A stretch of DNA of 64,000 nt, from assembly GCA_026392355.1 (NCBI GenBank), contig JAPLCF010000041.1:4561-68560 (forward strand), written 5' to 3'. A model generated the notes under the pieces. That model was not told the origin of the DNA and ran no database searches. It saw nothing but the letters and a program-made list of their open reading frames with translations. The translations under genes and the position numbers were made by a program. Each line of letters starts with the position of its first letter. Within the stretch, counting starts at the first letter, position 1. The stretch comes from Actinomycetota bacterium. GTDB taxonomy: Bacteria; Actinomycetota; Thermoleophilia; Gaiellales; F1-60-MAGs149. This document shows positions 9,000 to 18,008 of this stretch, piece by piece.

Positions 9000-9422
9000 A
9001 TGTCCATCGATCTGCATCACATCGCCGGCGCCGTCGACCACTCGCTCGCCCGCGGCCGCGCGCTCGCCCTCGCCTACAACGACGTCGACGGCTACCCGTC
9101 CGTCTCGTACCGCGGCAGCACGCACGTCCTCTCGGCGACCGAGCTCGGTGTCTGGACGCGCAACCCCAACGACGGACTGGCCAAGGGCGTCTCCGCCAAC
9201 CCCGACGTCTCGCTGGCGCTGTTCGACCCCGAGACCAGCCCGTTCATGCTCTCGATCCGCGGCACGGCCCGCGTTGATGCGAGCCAGAACGATCGCGTCT
9301 ACGACGCCATGATCCAGGGCGAGCGCGACTACGACCCGGACAAGGGCGGCGTCGCGATCATCATCGAGGTCACGTCGGTGCGCGGCTACGGCGCCGAGGG
9401 TCCGATCGAGCAGTCGGCCTAG
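9000..9422 (+). CDS. Pyridoxamine 5'-phosphate oxidase-like split-barrel flavin/F420-binding protein
   Basis: GAGGAG RBS, ALAYNDVDGYPSVS..GS and NPDVSLAL pattern, 140 aa. Confidence 0.75.
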   Translation: MSIDLHHIAGAVDHSLARGRALALAYNDVDGYPSVSYRGSTHVLSATELGVWTRNPNDGLAKGVSANPDVSLALFDPETSPFMLSIRGTARVDASQNDRVYDAMIQGERDYDPDKGGVAIIIEVTSVRGYGAEGPIEQSA

Positions 9423-9434
9423 CTTCCGCCTGTG

Positions 9435-9470
9435 AAGGGCCGTCGCGACTCCGGTCGCGGCGCCCCTTTT
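9435..9470 (+). terminator. Intrinsic terminator
   Basis: GC-rich stem GGGCCGTCGCGAC / GTCGCGGCGCCCC followed by TTTT. Confidence 0.75.
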
Positions 9471-9549
9471 GCGTTTCCGTGGCCCCACAACGACAACTGG
9501 CCGCCCTGCCCGGAGGCAGGACGACCCGTCGATCGTGCGTCAGTACGGA

Positions 9550-9834
9550 CTAGATCCCGAGGATCTGGGCCTTCTTCGCCGAGAACTCCTCCTCGGTCAG
9601 GATGCCCTGATCGCGGAGCTTCGCCAGCGACTCGAGCTGTGCTGCGAGATCGTCCTGCGGGGCGGCGGCGGGAGCAGCCGGGGTGGCCTGCTCGGCGGCG
9701 GCCTCCTGCTGTGCGGCGGCCTGGTTGGCGTACTTCTGCTGCTGCTTGTTCGAGACCGCATTGGCGGTGCCGACCACGACAGCGGTGCGCGCTGCCATAC
9801 CGACAAGACCGGGTCCACGTCGTCCAAGAGGCAT
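9550..9834 (-). CDS. SHOCT domain-containing small protein
   Basis: C-terminal QLESLAKLRDQGILTEEEFSAKKAQIL is a SHOCT signature; Q/A/P-rich linker. Confidence 0.85.
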   Translation of the reverse strand: MPLGRRGPGLVGMAARTAVVVGTANAVSNKQQQKYANQAAAQQEAAAEQATPAAPAAAPQDDLAAQLESLAKLRDQGILTEEEFSAKKAQILGI

Positions 9835-9845
9835 AACGGTTTCTC

Positions 9846-10262
9846 CTAGCTATTCTGCGCCGCGGCCACAGCGGCCTCGACGACGGGTGCGGGGATGTAC
9901 TCACGAGCCACGACGAAGCCGCCGGACCCCTCGACCGCGCCAGCGAGCTTCTTCGCCCACGTGTGCTCGAAGACGAGCACTGCGGCAGACGAGCCGGGCG
10001 CGACCTCCTCGGCGAGGAGCTCGATGTCCTCCGTGTTGAGGAGGTCAATCGGGTCGTCGTGGAAGCCGGAGAACTCGGGCGCGTGCATCGCGGCGTCCTC
10101 GATCTCGAACCACGCGACATCACCGTTCTCGGCCTTGATGATGAACGCAAGGTCGAGCACGTGGATCGTCTCACTCTCGATCAGCTCGCGCAGCGCGGGA
10201 GCGACCTGTCCGTTGAACTGGCTTCCCGGAAACGAGAAGACGGCGATTTCCACAGGTCCCAA
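9846..10262 (-). CDS. DUF6325-like acidic protein
   Basis: LGPVEIAVFSFPG...IHVLDL and AAVLVFEHTWA pattern. TTG start at 10262 after GGAGG. Confidence 0.7.
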   Translation of the reverse strand: MGPVEIAVFSFPGSQFNGQVAPALRELIESETIHVLDLAFIIKAENGDVAWFEIEDAAMHAPEFSGFHDDPIDLLNTEDIELLAEEVAPGSSAAVLVFEHTWAKKLAGAVEGSGGFVVAREYIPAPVVEAAVAAAQNS

Positions 10263-10399
10263 GGTGAGGCCTCCATCGGTAGATTCCTTCGCAGCATAGT
10301 CGGCTGTGGCAGAGCAGAAGGTGGGGGTAACCACCATGCTGCAGGTGTACCGCTCGGTGTTCACCATCGATGGTGTCGTGCGCGGCTACGATGCCAGTT

Positions 10400-10828
10400 G
10401 TGTCTGAGCCGCTTCCCGTCGCCTGGAACGATCACGTCGTCGCCTTCGAGGCGATCGCGGTCATGATCGCGAAGCTCGTTGGTGAGGGCGTGCCCGCCAA
10501 GGATGCCTTTGTCCAGGCCTGGGATGAGCTCGGCGTCCCCGAGGAGTACCGCGACAAGTATTGGCGCGTCGCCGTGCCGATCATCGCCGAGTATGGCTTC
10601 TCGATTGAGCAGGCCCCCGACCTATCAGGGCTCGACCTCTCTGAGATCGACCTCGAGGAGGGCGACCTGCGCGGTTTCAACTTCGCGGGCACGAACCTCA
10701 GCGGAGCGTTCCTCGCCCGCACGCAGCTTGACGGCGCGAACCTGCTGGGAGCAGACCTCAGCGACGCGGATCTGGCCGGCGCGAGCCTGACGGGCGCGAC
10801 GATGCCCGACGGGACTGTGCACGAGTAG
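10400..10828 (+). CDS. Pentapeptide repeat-containing protein
   Basis: C-terminal A(D/N)LxxA repeats (TNLSG AFLAR TQLDG ANLLG ADLSD ADLAG ASLTG ATMPDG). Start uncertain (10391 or 10400). Confidence 0.85.
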   Translation: MSEPLPVAWNDHVVAFEAIAVMIAKLVGEGVPAKDAFVQAWDELGVPEEYRDKYWRVAVPIIAEYGFSIEQAPDLSGLDLSEIDLEEGDLRGFNFAGTNLSGAFLARTQLDGANLLGADLSDADLAGASLTGATMPDGTVHE

Positions 10829-10922
10829 CCGCGGCGTTTCGCCGCAACGAGCGCGCCCAGTCGATCGTAATCACGGCGATCAGGACGAGGGCGAAGCCGG
10901 TGAGGAGGGAGGTGGCGTTCAT
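10758..10922 (-). CDS. Possible small single-TM protein, 54 aa (overlaps 3' end of pentapeptide gene)
   Basis: MNATSLLTGFALVLIAVITIDWARSLRR..., ATG 10922, TGA at 10758-10760. First half has host-like codons. Confidence 0.3.
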   Translation of the reverse strand: MNATSLLTGFALVLIAVITIDWARSLRRNAAATRAQSRRASSRPSGSRRPDPRR

Positions 10923-10966
10923 GCCGCGGAGTCGGGCGCTCAGGTGCCTCGCTTACGTCCGGGCGG

Positions 10967-11224
10967 TCAGAAGCTGCTCGCCGCCGAGGCGATCAGTCCC
11001 CACGGGATCAGCAGCAGAACCGACAGCAGGAGGAGACTCCCGAGGTCAATGCGCCGCGCGAGTGCCGCGACTGCGAGCGGCCCCGTGATCAGCAGGGTCG
11101 GGACCAGTGCCGCGACGGGATCGGCGCTCGCGAGCCCTGACGTCGGCACGCCGTAGATCAGCACGAGGATCAGCACGACCCGAACGACGAAGCGGCCGTA
11201 GCGCTGCGAGCCGTCGTCGGTCAT
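10967..11224 (-). CDS. Small membrane protein, 85 aa
   Basis: GGAGG RBS, ATG 11224, three hydrophobic stretches. Confidence 0.55.
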   Translation of the reverse strand: MTDDGSQRYGRFVVRVVLILVLIYGVPTSGLASADPVAALVPTLLITGPLAVAALARRIDLGSLLLLSVLLLIPWGLIASAASSF

Positions 11225-11271
11225 GAAGGCAGGCCTCCTCGCCGGCTCGCGACTGTCGCCGAACACGCGCC

Positions 11272-11517
11272 TCACCGCTTCCGGACCGCCCCGTCGACGA
11301 GCGCCAAGCCGCACCCGATTAGGAGCATGCCGACGACGCCGACGATCCACGTGCCGATATTCGGCGGCAGGCCCTGCAGGAACAGGAACCACTGCGTGGC
11401 GGAGCCCTCCGCCATCGCCTGGTTCTGCACCGTGCAGCCGACGATCAGCGAGATGAGCGCGAAGTAGCCACCCAACAGGAAGCACGGGATCGCGAGGAGG
11501 ATGCGGAGGATCATCAT
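11272..11517 (-). CDS. Small membrane protein, 81 aa
   Basis: Two predicted TM helices (ILLAIPCFLLGGYFALISLIVG; WIVGVVGMLLIGCGLALV). Confidence 0.6.
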   Translation of the reverse strand: MMILRILLAIPCFLLGGYFALISLIVGCTVQNQAMAEGSATQWFLFLQGLPPNIGTWIVGVVGMLLIGCGLALVDGAVRKR

Positions 11518-11547
11518 GCCCGCGAGTCGCGGCGGGCGTCAGCATGC

Positions 11548-14211
11548 TTACGCCGGGAGTGCGTGCTTGCCGGTGGCGGCCCGCGAGGCTTTCACCTTCG
11601 CGATGCGGGTTGTCGCCGTGCCGCCCGTCGGCGTGAACATCGTCGTGACGGTCAGGCGCAGGGACGACTGGCTGAGTGCCGCGCGTGCGCGGGCGTTGAG
11701 AGCGCAGGTGACGATGAGGTCGGCGGCGGTGGTAACGGACTGTCGCACGCGGCAGCGCGTCGTCACCTTGCGCCCCTTCTTCGTCACAGCCGTCTGCATG
11801 ATCGCTCCCGCGCTCGGAGCGGTGATCGTGGTGATGAGCTTTGTGCCAACGAGGCGCGGCGTACCGATCGCGAGCGCGCGGGTCGTCGCTGCTGCTGCCG
11901 CCGCCGGTGTCGCCGCCGGTGCCGCGTAGGTAACGGCGCCTGCGAGCGTGGCCGAGCGGCCGGCGTTCGTCACCACGACGTCGACCGCACCCGCAGCGTG
12001 CGATGGCAGCGTGCACGTCAGCTCGGTGATGCTGACGCGGGTGGGATTCGTGCAGGGCGCGCCACCCACGGTGACTTGCGTGCCGTCGTAGAGCGGGCCA
12101 CCGCGGATCGTCAGCGTGCCGCCGCCCGCAGTGCTGCTCGTCGAAGGAGAAACGGCTGTCGGCTGCGGCTCCATGCCAACGAACGTCCACGTCATGTCCT
12201 TGCCGCCGTTCGCGGCATAGGAGATGCGCCAGTAGTTGTAGTACGAGCCCTCTGGGAACCCAGTCAAGGTGCCGGTGATGCCGGAGGCGGTCGAGAGCGG
12301 CGTGATCACTGTCCCGAGCGGCGCGTCGAACCCGTCGGTCCAGACGCTGAGGCCGGAAATGTTCACGCTGCCCGTACTCACGACCTTCGTATAGCCGGTG
12401 CCAGGAGTCGTGTTTTCGACGACGACGTTGAAGGCACCGACGATGGTCGACGACGAGACGGCGCCGACCGTCAGAAGATACGGATACCCGGTGCCGATGC
12501 CGAATCCCCAGCTGCCGGAGGGGAAGGAGACGGGGCTGTTGATCCTGCCCGTCCCCGAGCCGGAAACCGCGGCGCCCGACGCGATCGTCGTCGTGCTCAG
12601 GTGAGTGAGATCCCCGCTCACGATCAGTCCGCCGCTCTGGACGGTGAGGCTGCCGATGAAGTCGCTCGTGCCGGAGAGCGTGTGGCTGCTGTCGCCGGCA
12701 AGCACGAGGTTCAACTTGGACGCGTCGCCCGCGCCAGAGCCGATCGCGCCGGAGAGCGTATTGGGTTCACTGCCCGAGGCGATCGTCAGTGTCGAGAAGC
12801 TCGAGCCATTGCCGTTGTCGATCGTGCCCGAGCCCGAAACGGGGGCACCGGTGACGGTCACCGCGTTTGTCCACGTCTCGACAGCGCCGTTGAGGGCGAT
12901 CGCGCCCACGGCGGTGATATTGCCGCCGATACGGAAGCGGCCAGCTGACGATGAGGCGAACGATGCGACGGCATTCGTGACGCCGATGCCGGCGGAGCCG
13001 ACCGTCAACTGCCCGGCGCCGGTCGTCGTGACCGCGCCACGCCCACTGGCCTGTCCGTTGAAGCCGCCGCCGAGCACGAGGGTGGCGCTGCTTGACACAT
13101 CGATAGTCTGTGCACCGCTTTGGAGCGTCACCGAGCCGCCCAGGCTTGATACCGAGCCGCCCGCCGCAGCAAGTGTGCTGCCGCCGGAGAGCGTGATCGC
13201 CTCGGTGTTGCCGCCGATGCCGTTGAACTGCAGGCGCGCTCCGCTCGCTACTAGTGATCCCCCGGTCGCCGAGCCCAGGGCGCCGCTCGTGTTGGCGATT
13301 AGCGTGCCGCCGATCACCGCCGTCGCGCCGGTGTAGGTGCTCGCGCCCGTCAACGTCAGTGTGCCTGCGCCGCGCTTTTCGATACTCATCACGTCGCCCG
13401 AGTTGCCGTCGCTGATGATGCCGGTGATGGAGCTCGTGCCCGCCGCGTTAACGATGAGCTTGCGGGTGCCGCCCGGCACGCCCGTCACGTCGCCGGTGAT
13501 CGATGCAGTTGCCCCTGCCAAGGTGATGGGGTCGTCGCCCACTGAGAGTGGGCCGTTGACCGTCAGCCCGCCGCTCGTGGTGATGTCGCCGAGGAGGGAG
13601 ACGCCGGAGGTTGTGGTGATGCTGACGGACGTTGGCGGCGTCGTCGATCCGATCGCCAAGAGCGTGCTCGCAGTTGTGGACGCGATGACGAGAGGCCCCG
13701 CACCATCGACCGGCCCCATCAGCATGACGCCGCTCCCGGCGTTGGTGCCAAGGTCCAGTGTGGTCGGACCGACCACCGCGATCGGACCGTTCAGTGAGAC
13801 GACGTTGGCGCGGGCGGATGACAGCTGTGCCGTGACGCTCAGGGTCTGTCTACCACCGAACGTCGAGGTGTCGAGGCCGAATGGCGTAGCACTGCAGCGC
13901 GTGCTGGTGATCGTGACCTGCGGTGTGAACGCCAGCACATCTCCGTCTGCGCCGTTCGTCACCTCAATGTTGCACGACGTCGCCATTGGGATGCTTGCCG
14001 TGCCGGAGACGTTGCTGATCGACCAGTCGTCGAAGAGGGTGCCAATGGTGACGACCTCGTCCGTGGCGCTGCCGTCGAACGTAATGACGATCTTGGCTGC
14101 AGCGCCTGAGCCCGTGACGGCGACGTTTGCCGCCCGCGCCGGCGCTGAACTGATGCTCAAGGCGCAGGCGGCGATGAGTGCCGATCCCAGCACAACGACG
14201 AGCCGAAACAT
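11548..14211 (-). CDS. Large secreted G/S/T-rich protein with autotransporter passenger-associated repeats and an IPT/TIG domain
   Basis: Signal peptide from ATG 14211. Repeats KRGAGTLTLTGASTYTGAT and HTLSGTSDFIGSLTVQSG, IPT/TIG-like PSTSSTAGGGTLTIRG...VTVGG..C...LTCTLP. Basic C-terminal domain. Confidence 0.8.
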   Translation of the reverse strand: MFRLVVVLGSALIAACALSISSAPARAANVAVTGSGAAAKIVITFDGSATDEVVTIGTLFDDWSISNVSGTASIPMATSCNIEVTNGADGDVLAFTPQVTITSTRCSATPFGLDTSTFGGRQTLSVTAQLSSARANVVSLNGPIAVVGPTTLDLGTNAGSGVMLMGPVDGAGPLVIASTTASTLLAIGSTTPPTSVSITTTSGVSLLGDITTSGGLTVNGPLSVGDDPITLAGATASITGDVTGVPGGTRKLIVNAAGTSSITGIISDGNSGDVMSIEKRGAGTLTLTGASTYTGATAVIGGTLIANTSGALGSATGGSLVASGARLQFNGIGGNTEAITLSGGSTLAAAGGSVSSLGGSVTLQSGAQTIDVSSSATLVLGGGFNGQASGRGAVTTTGAGQLTVGSAGIGVTNAVASFASSSAGRFRIGGNITAVGAIALNGAVETWTNAVTVTGAPVSGSGTIDNGNGSSFSTLTIASGSEPNTLSGAIGSGAGDASKLNLVLAGDSSHTLSGTSDFIGSLTVQSGGLIVSGDLTHLSTTTIASGAAVSGSGTGRINSPVSFPSGSWGFGIGTGYPYLLTVGAVSSSTIVGAFNVVVENTTPGTGYTKVVSTGSVNISGLSVWTDGFDAPLGTVITPLSTASGITGTLTGFPEGSYYNYWRISYAANGGKDMTWTFVGMEPQPTAVSPSTSSTAGGGTLTIRGGPLYDGTQVTVGGAPCTNPTRVSITELTCTLPSHAAGAVDVVVTNAGRSATLAGAVTYAAPAATPAAAAAATTRALAIGTPRLVGTKLITTITAPSAGAIMQTAVTKKGRKVTTRCRVRQSVTTAADLIVTCALNARARAALSQSSLRLTVTTMFTPTGGTATTRIAKVKASRAATGKHALPA

Positions 14212-14264
14212 GCTCGGATGGTACAACGGACGGCCGTTCGGTTCAGGCGCGCGTAAGCCGGCGT

Positions 14265-14402
14265 TCAGAACTCGTCGTCGGCAACGCCGTACGTGAACTC
14301 GCTCCAGTCCTCCTCAGCGAGTTCCTTGACGTCGTCGATTTCGACCTCGTCTTCAGCGTCGAGCTCGAGGTTGTCGTCTTCGTCTTCGGGTGCACGGCTC
14401 AT
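14265..14402 (-). CDS. Small, very acidic protein, 45 aa
   Basis: GGAGG RBS then ATG 14402; MSRAPEDEDDNLELDAEDEVEIDDVKELAEEDWSEFTYGVADDEF. TTGACA upstream. Confidence 0.6.
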   Translation of the reverse strand: MSRAPEDEDDNLELDAEDEVEIDDVKELAEEDWSEFTYGVADDEF

Positions 14403-14484
14403 GTCCGCCTCCGTCAGGTGGGGTGCCCGTATGTTCCTGCAATCACGCGCCATGTCAATAGGCGTGGTGACCAAGCGGTAGTCG

Positions 14485-15798
14485 TCAGTGCGTCGGCGTC
14501 GGTGCGGCGTCTGCGGGCGACTCAAGGCGCCGCTCGGCGATCAGCCGCACGATCAGACCGACGACGGCGCCCAGGATCGCGAACGGGGCGATGGCGGCGC
14601 CCGCGCCGGAGATGAGGAGCAGGCCAAGGAGGGCGCTGGTGGCCGGCAGCTTGATCATCGCGGCAGAGCCGGCGGCGATGCCTGCGGCGGCGAGTGCGCT
14701 GACGCTCACCTCCGGGAAGATCAGCGAGCCGGCGACGGCGACGCCGACACCGAGGAACGTGGCGGGGAAGATCGGACCACCGCGGAAGCCACCGCCGAGC
14801 GCGGTGGAGTACGCGACGAGCTTGACGAGGAGGACCACGACGACCAGACCGAGGCTCGTCTCGGCGATCAGCTGCGGCATACCGGTCTGGCCGCTGAAGA
14901 GGATCTCATCGTTCGTGGCGCCAAAGCCCTCAACGGCGATCAGTACACCGATCGTGGTGATGATGGCCGTCGCGTACAGCGCAATGGCCGGACGGCTCTT
15001 GGCGATGCCCTCGTAGCGCAGTGCCACCTCGCGTGCCGTCACGGTCACGATGCCCGCGACGATGGCCACGAGCGCGGCGATCACGAGATCACCGGGGTGG
15101 ATGGAGTCGTACGCGGGCAAGTCGGGGAGGGTCAGGCTATGGACGCCAACGCCGGGGATGTTCCAGAGGCCGATCTGCACCAGGTAGCTCGCGCCCAGCG
15201 CGACCAGCACCGGCAGGATCAGGGACGACGGCGCCACGCCGAACGCGGCGAACTCAAGGATCATGAACGCGGTGATGAACGGGTTGCCGAAAATGGCGCC
15301 GATCGCTGCCGTGCCACCGAGGAAGCCACCTGCCTTGATCGCCTGCTCGTTGCGCGTGCGGCGCAGCAGCAGCACACCGAGTGCCGAGCCGAGCACGATC
15401 AGCGGCGCCTCCGGACCGAGCGCGATGCCGAAGACCAACGTGCCGATCGCCGCGAGCAGGATGCCCGGCACGATCTTCAGTGGGTTATCAAAGTGGAAGC
15501 CCGTCAGTGGGCTCGCGCCCGTGTGGCCAGGCAGGCGTTGCGCGATCAGCACGATCGTTGCGCCGATCAGCAGCATGATCCCCGTCCACCACCACGGCGC
15601 ACCGTCGATGCCGAGCGCCTCGGGTACCGACGAGAACGCCGCGTGCTGCAGCTCGTGCACGACGTAGAGGAAGGCAGTCGCACCAATCGCGCCGACGATG
15701 CCGACGATCACGGCGATCACCAACAGGCGCATCATGTCCTTCTGCGCGGGCGCCTCGTCGGACGGATCTACGGGAGCGGCAGGGGGAGCAGCAGACAT
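14485..15798 (-). CDS. ClC family chloride channel/antiporter-like protein
   Basis: LGPEAP (gating Glu), FRGGPIFP, many TM helices. Confidence 0.85.
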   Translation of the reverse strand: MSAAPPAAPVDPSDEAPAQKDMMRLLVIAVIVGIVGAIGATAFLYVVHELQHAAFSSVPEALGIDGAPWWWTGIMLLIGATIVLIAQRLPGHTGASPLTGFHFDNPLKIVPGILLAAIGTLVFGIALGPEAPLIVLGSALGVLLLRRTRNEQAIKAGGFLGGTAAIGAIFGNPFITAFMILEFAAFGVAPSSLILPVLVALGASYLVQIGLWNIPGVGVHSLTLPDLPAYDSIHPGDLVIAALVAIVAGIVTVTAREVALRYEGIAKSRPAIALYATAIITTIGVLIAVEGFGATNDEILFSGQTGMPQLIAETSLGLVVVVLLVKLVAYSTALGGGFRGGPIFPATFLGVGVAVAGSLIFPEVSVSALAAAGIAAGSAAMIKLPATSALLGLLLISGAGAAIAPFAILGAVVGLIVRLIAERRLESPADAAPTPTH

Positions 15799-15871
15799 GG
15801 CCTGAAGTGTCCCACGCGCAGGGGACAGCCGCGAGGTGGGAAACCCCTTCAGATCAGCCGAGCCGGGGCCG

Positions 15872-16447
15872 TCAGCGGATGAACTGATCGACGAAATCCT
15901 CGCCGAGACCGTTCAGCTTGTACGCCTTCTTGCAGTGTTCAATCAGGCCAACGTTGTCCTCGACGTGGACGACCTTCTCGTCGTCATCGGTGTAGAGCAC
16001 GGGTCCGAGGATGAAGAACGCTGTCTGCATCTCCTCGCAATCGTCCGTGACCGTCAGCGTGTGGACTTCGCCCGGCGGCTCGAAGACATAGCTGCCCGTC
16101 TCGGCCACCCACGAGTGCTCCATGTAATGCCAGCGGCCCTTCAGCACGACGCCGTGGACGGGGGAGGGGTGGCGATGCTTGCTCAGCACGCCGCCCTTGC
16201 GGACCCGCAGCACCTCGCCGTGGCCGCCTGTGTTCATGTCGAAGAAGAGCGGGCGGAAGCAGACGTTCGGCTCGATCTCGACCCAGATGCGCTCGTCGGT
16301 CGGCTCGGGCACGACGATCTCGGGCTTCATGCCGAGATGGCCCATCACGGGCGTGTCGTAGAGCACGTGCTCGGACTTCGGCGGCACCCAGCCGATCATG
16401 CGGGTGGTGTCGATCTCTACGTTGGCGAGGTCGTCGGTTTCGGGCAT
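15872..16447 (-). CDS. Cupin dioxygenase, 2,4'-dihydroxyacetophenone dioxygenase/ChrR-like family
   Basis: HRHPSPVHG..LKGRWHY.E and YVFEPPGEVHTL cupin motifs. Confidence 0.8.
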   Translation of the reverse strand: MPETDDLANVEIDTTRMIGWVPPKSEHVLYDTPVMGHLGMKPEIVVPEPTDERIWVEIEPNVCFRPLFFDMNTGGHGEVLRVRKGGVLSKHRHPSPVHGVVLKGRWHYMEHSWVAETGSYVFEPPGEVHTLTVTDDCEEMQTAFFILGPVLYTDDDEKVVHVEDNVGLIEHCKKAYKLNGLGEDFVDQFIR

Positions 16448-16461
16448 CAGACGTCTCCGTG

Positions 16462-17889
16462 TTAGTTGGTCGGTGCGACGCGCTTGGCGTCATCTTCGGC
16501 GATCTCGGCGAGCAGGCGCGCGGCGAGATCACGCTTGCCATCCACATCCAGCTTGCCGAGCTCGTTGTTGAGGGCCGGTTCGTCGACGTGCTGGTTCCAC
16601 CAATCGACCGCCTCGGCGCCATGCAGCGCCCACTTGCCGATCAGGATCCGCGTCACCTCGTTCGATGGCGCCATGATCCAGCCCGCCTTGCCGTCGCGGA
16701 AGAGGCGCTCGATCTCGTTCGCCTTCGAGTAGCCTCGGCCGCCGCAGATCTGGAGCATCTTGTCGGTGGCCTCCCACGCGGCCTTCGTCGCGAGGACCTT
16801 GGCCGGTAGCGACCACTGGGTCATGCTCGTGCGCGGGCGCGCATCTCGATCTGTCTCGTACATCTCCCACGAGCCGTTGTCGGTGCGATCGTCGAGCTCC
16901 TTCGCGAAGCCGTAGGCGTACATGCGCGACGCCAGCGTGTCGCTGAGCACCTCGCCAAACGCGTCTTGCACCGTCAGGTAGTCAGAGATCGTGCGGCCGT
17001 ACTGGGCGTGCGCGCGCTTGGTGGCGTGCTGCTTGCCGACGTCGAGCGCGCCCAGCGCGAGGCCGTTGTAGGCGCCGGCGTACTGGACGAACGCGAGCGG
17101 GTCGATCGCCTCATCGTTGCTGGCCGCGCCATCGCCGGGCCAGCCGACAATGCGGTCCTCGGGGATCACGGCGTCGATCTCGACGGGGCCCGACTGGTTG
17201 GCGTGCATGCCCAGCGCGTCCCACTGGCCGGTCTTGGCATCGACCTCGTCGGGATACAGCAGGAACACCGACAGGTCCGAGTAGTCGCCGGAGAAGTCTG
17301 GCGATGTCGTCTGCGTCAGGTACCAACTCGCGTACCCGCACGACGTTGTCCACGCGGCCTTCTTCTGCACGTGCCAACCCGCCGGCACGCGCGTGGCGCC
17401 CGACACCTTCGGGTACCAGAAGTGGCCGCCCGTTTCCGGGTCCGTGTACGAGGCAGTGCCGACGAGGCAGTCGGAATCGATGCGGCTGATCAGGTCCTGG
17501 ATGTGCGGGTTATGGCTCGCGCGGAATACGAGCCCCGCCAGCGCGACCATGTGCATCATGTAGATCACGGTGGTGGAGGGGCAGCCGTAACGGGCGAGCG
17601 TCTCGGTCAGCATGAGAATGCCGACGTTGTTCTCGCCACGACCGCCGTACTTCTTCGGCACCACGGCGCCGAGGATTCCGAGCTCGGCCAGTGCCTCGAC
17701 GCTCCTGCGCGGATACTCGCCCGTGCGGTCGCCGATGATCGCGTTCGGGCGGATGACCTTCTCACAGACCTCAATCAGCTGCTGCTGGAGTTCGCGCTGC
17801 TCGTCGGTGAGGAACCAGTCGGGCTCCCACTCGCGGTTGAGACCGGTGTACGGATTGCCGCCCCAGTCAAACGTCAGGTTCTCGCTCAT
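16462..17889 (-). CDS. Acyl-CoA dehydrogenase family flavoprotein
   Basis: N-terminal TDEQRELQQ, SYTDPETGG, WDALGMHANQSG, LQICGGRGY, ERLFRDGKA. Start MSENLTF at 17889. Confidence 0.88.
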   Translation of the reverse strand: MSENLTFDWGGNPYTGLNREWEPDWFLTDEQRELQQQLIEVCEKVIRPNAIIGDRTGEYPRRSVEALAELGILGAVVPKKYGGRGENNVGILMLTETLARYGCPSTTVIYMMHMVALAGLVFRASHNPHIQDLISRIDSDCLVGTASYTDPETGGHFWYPKVSGATRVPAGWHVQKKAAWTTSCGYASWYLTQTTSPDFSGDYSDLSVFLLYPDEVDAKTGQWDALGMHANQSGPVEIDAVIPEDRIVGWPGDGAASNDEAIDPLAFVQYAGAYNGLALGALDVGKQHATKRAHAQYGRTISDYLTVQDAFGEVLSDTLASRMYAYGFAKELDDRTDNGSWEMYETDRDARPRTSMTQWSLPAKVLATKAAWEATDKMLQICGGRGYSKANEIERLFRDGKAGWIMAPSNEVTRILIGKWALHGAEAVDWWNQHVDEPALNNELGKLDVDGKRDLAARLLAEIAEDDAKRVAPTN

Positions 17890-17935
17890 GCACGCAGCAT
17901 CGTCGCGCGAACGCGCAGATGCAAGGGGGTAATAG

Positions 17936-17985
17936 TGCGCATTGCGCAGTATTTTCCCGATCTTGGCGGGAGTTTCGCGGGAAAA
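17936..17985. promoter_or_regulatory. Candidate operator palindromes in divergent promoter region
   Basis: TGCGCA-T-TGCGCA (17936-17948) and TTTTCCCG (17952-17959) / CGGGAAAA (17978-17985) inverted repeat. Confidence 0.4.
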
Positions 17986-18008
17986 AAGGGATGGGATGCG
18001 TAGAATCC

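Noticed and set aside
14485-15798. Fluoride-specific CLC-F exporter
   Set aside because: It lacks the GNNLI/GREGT/GEVTP signatures, and no fluoride riboswitch is seen.
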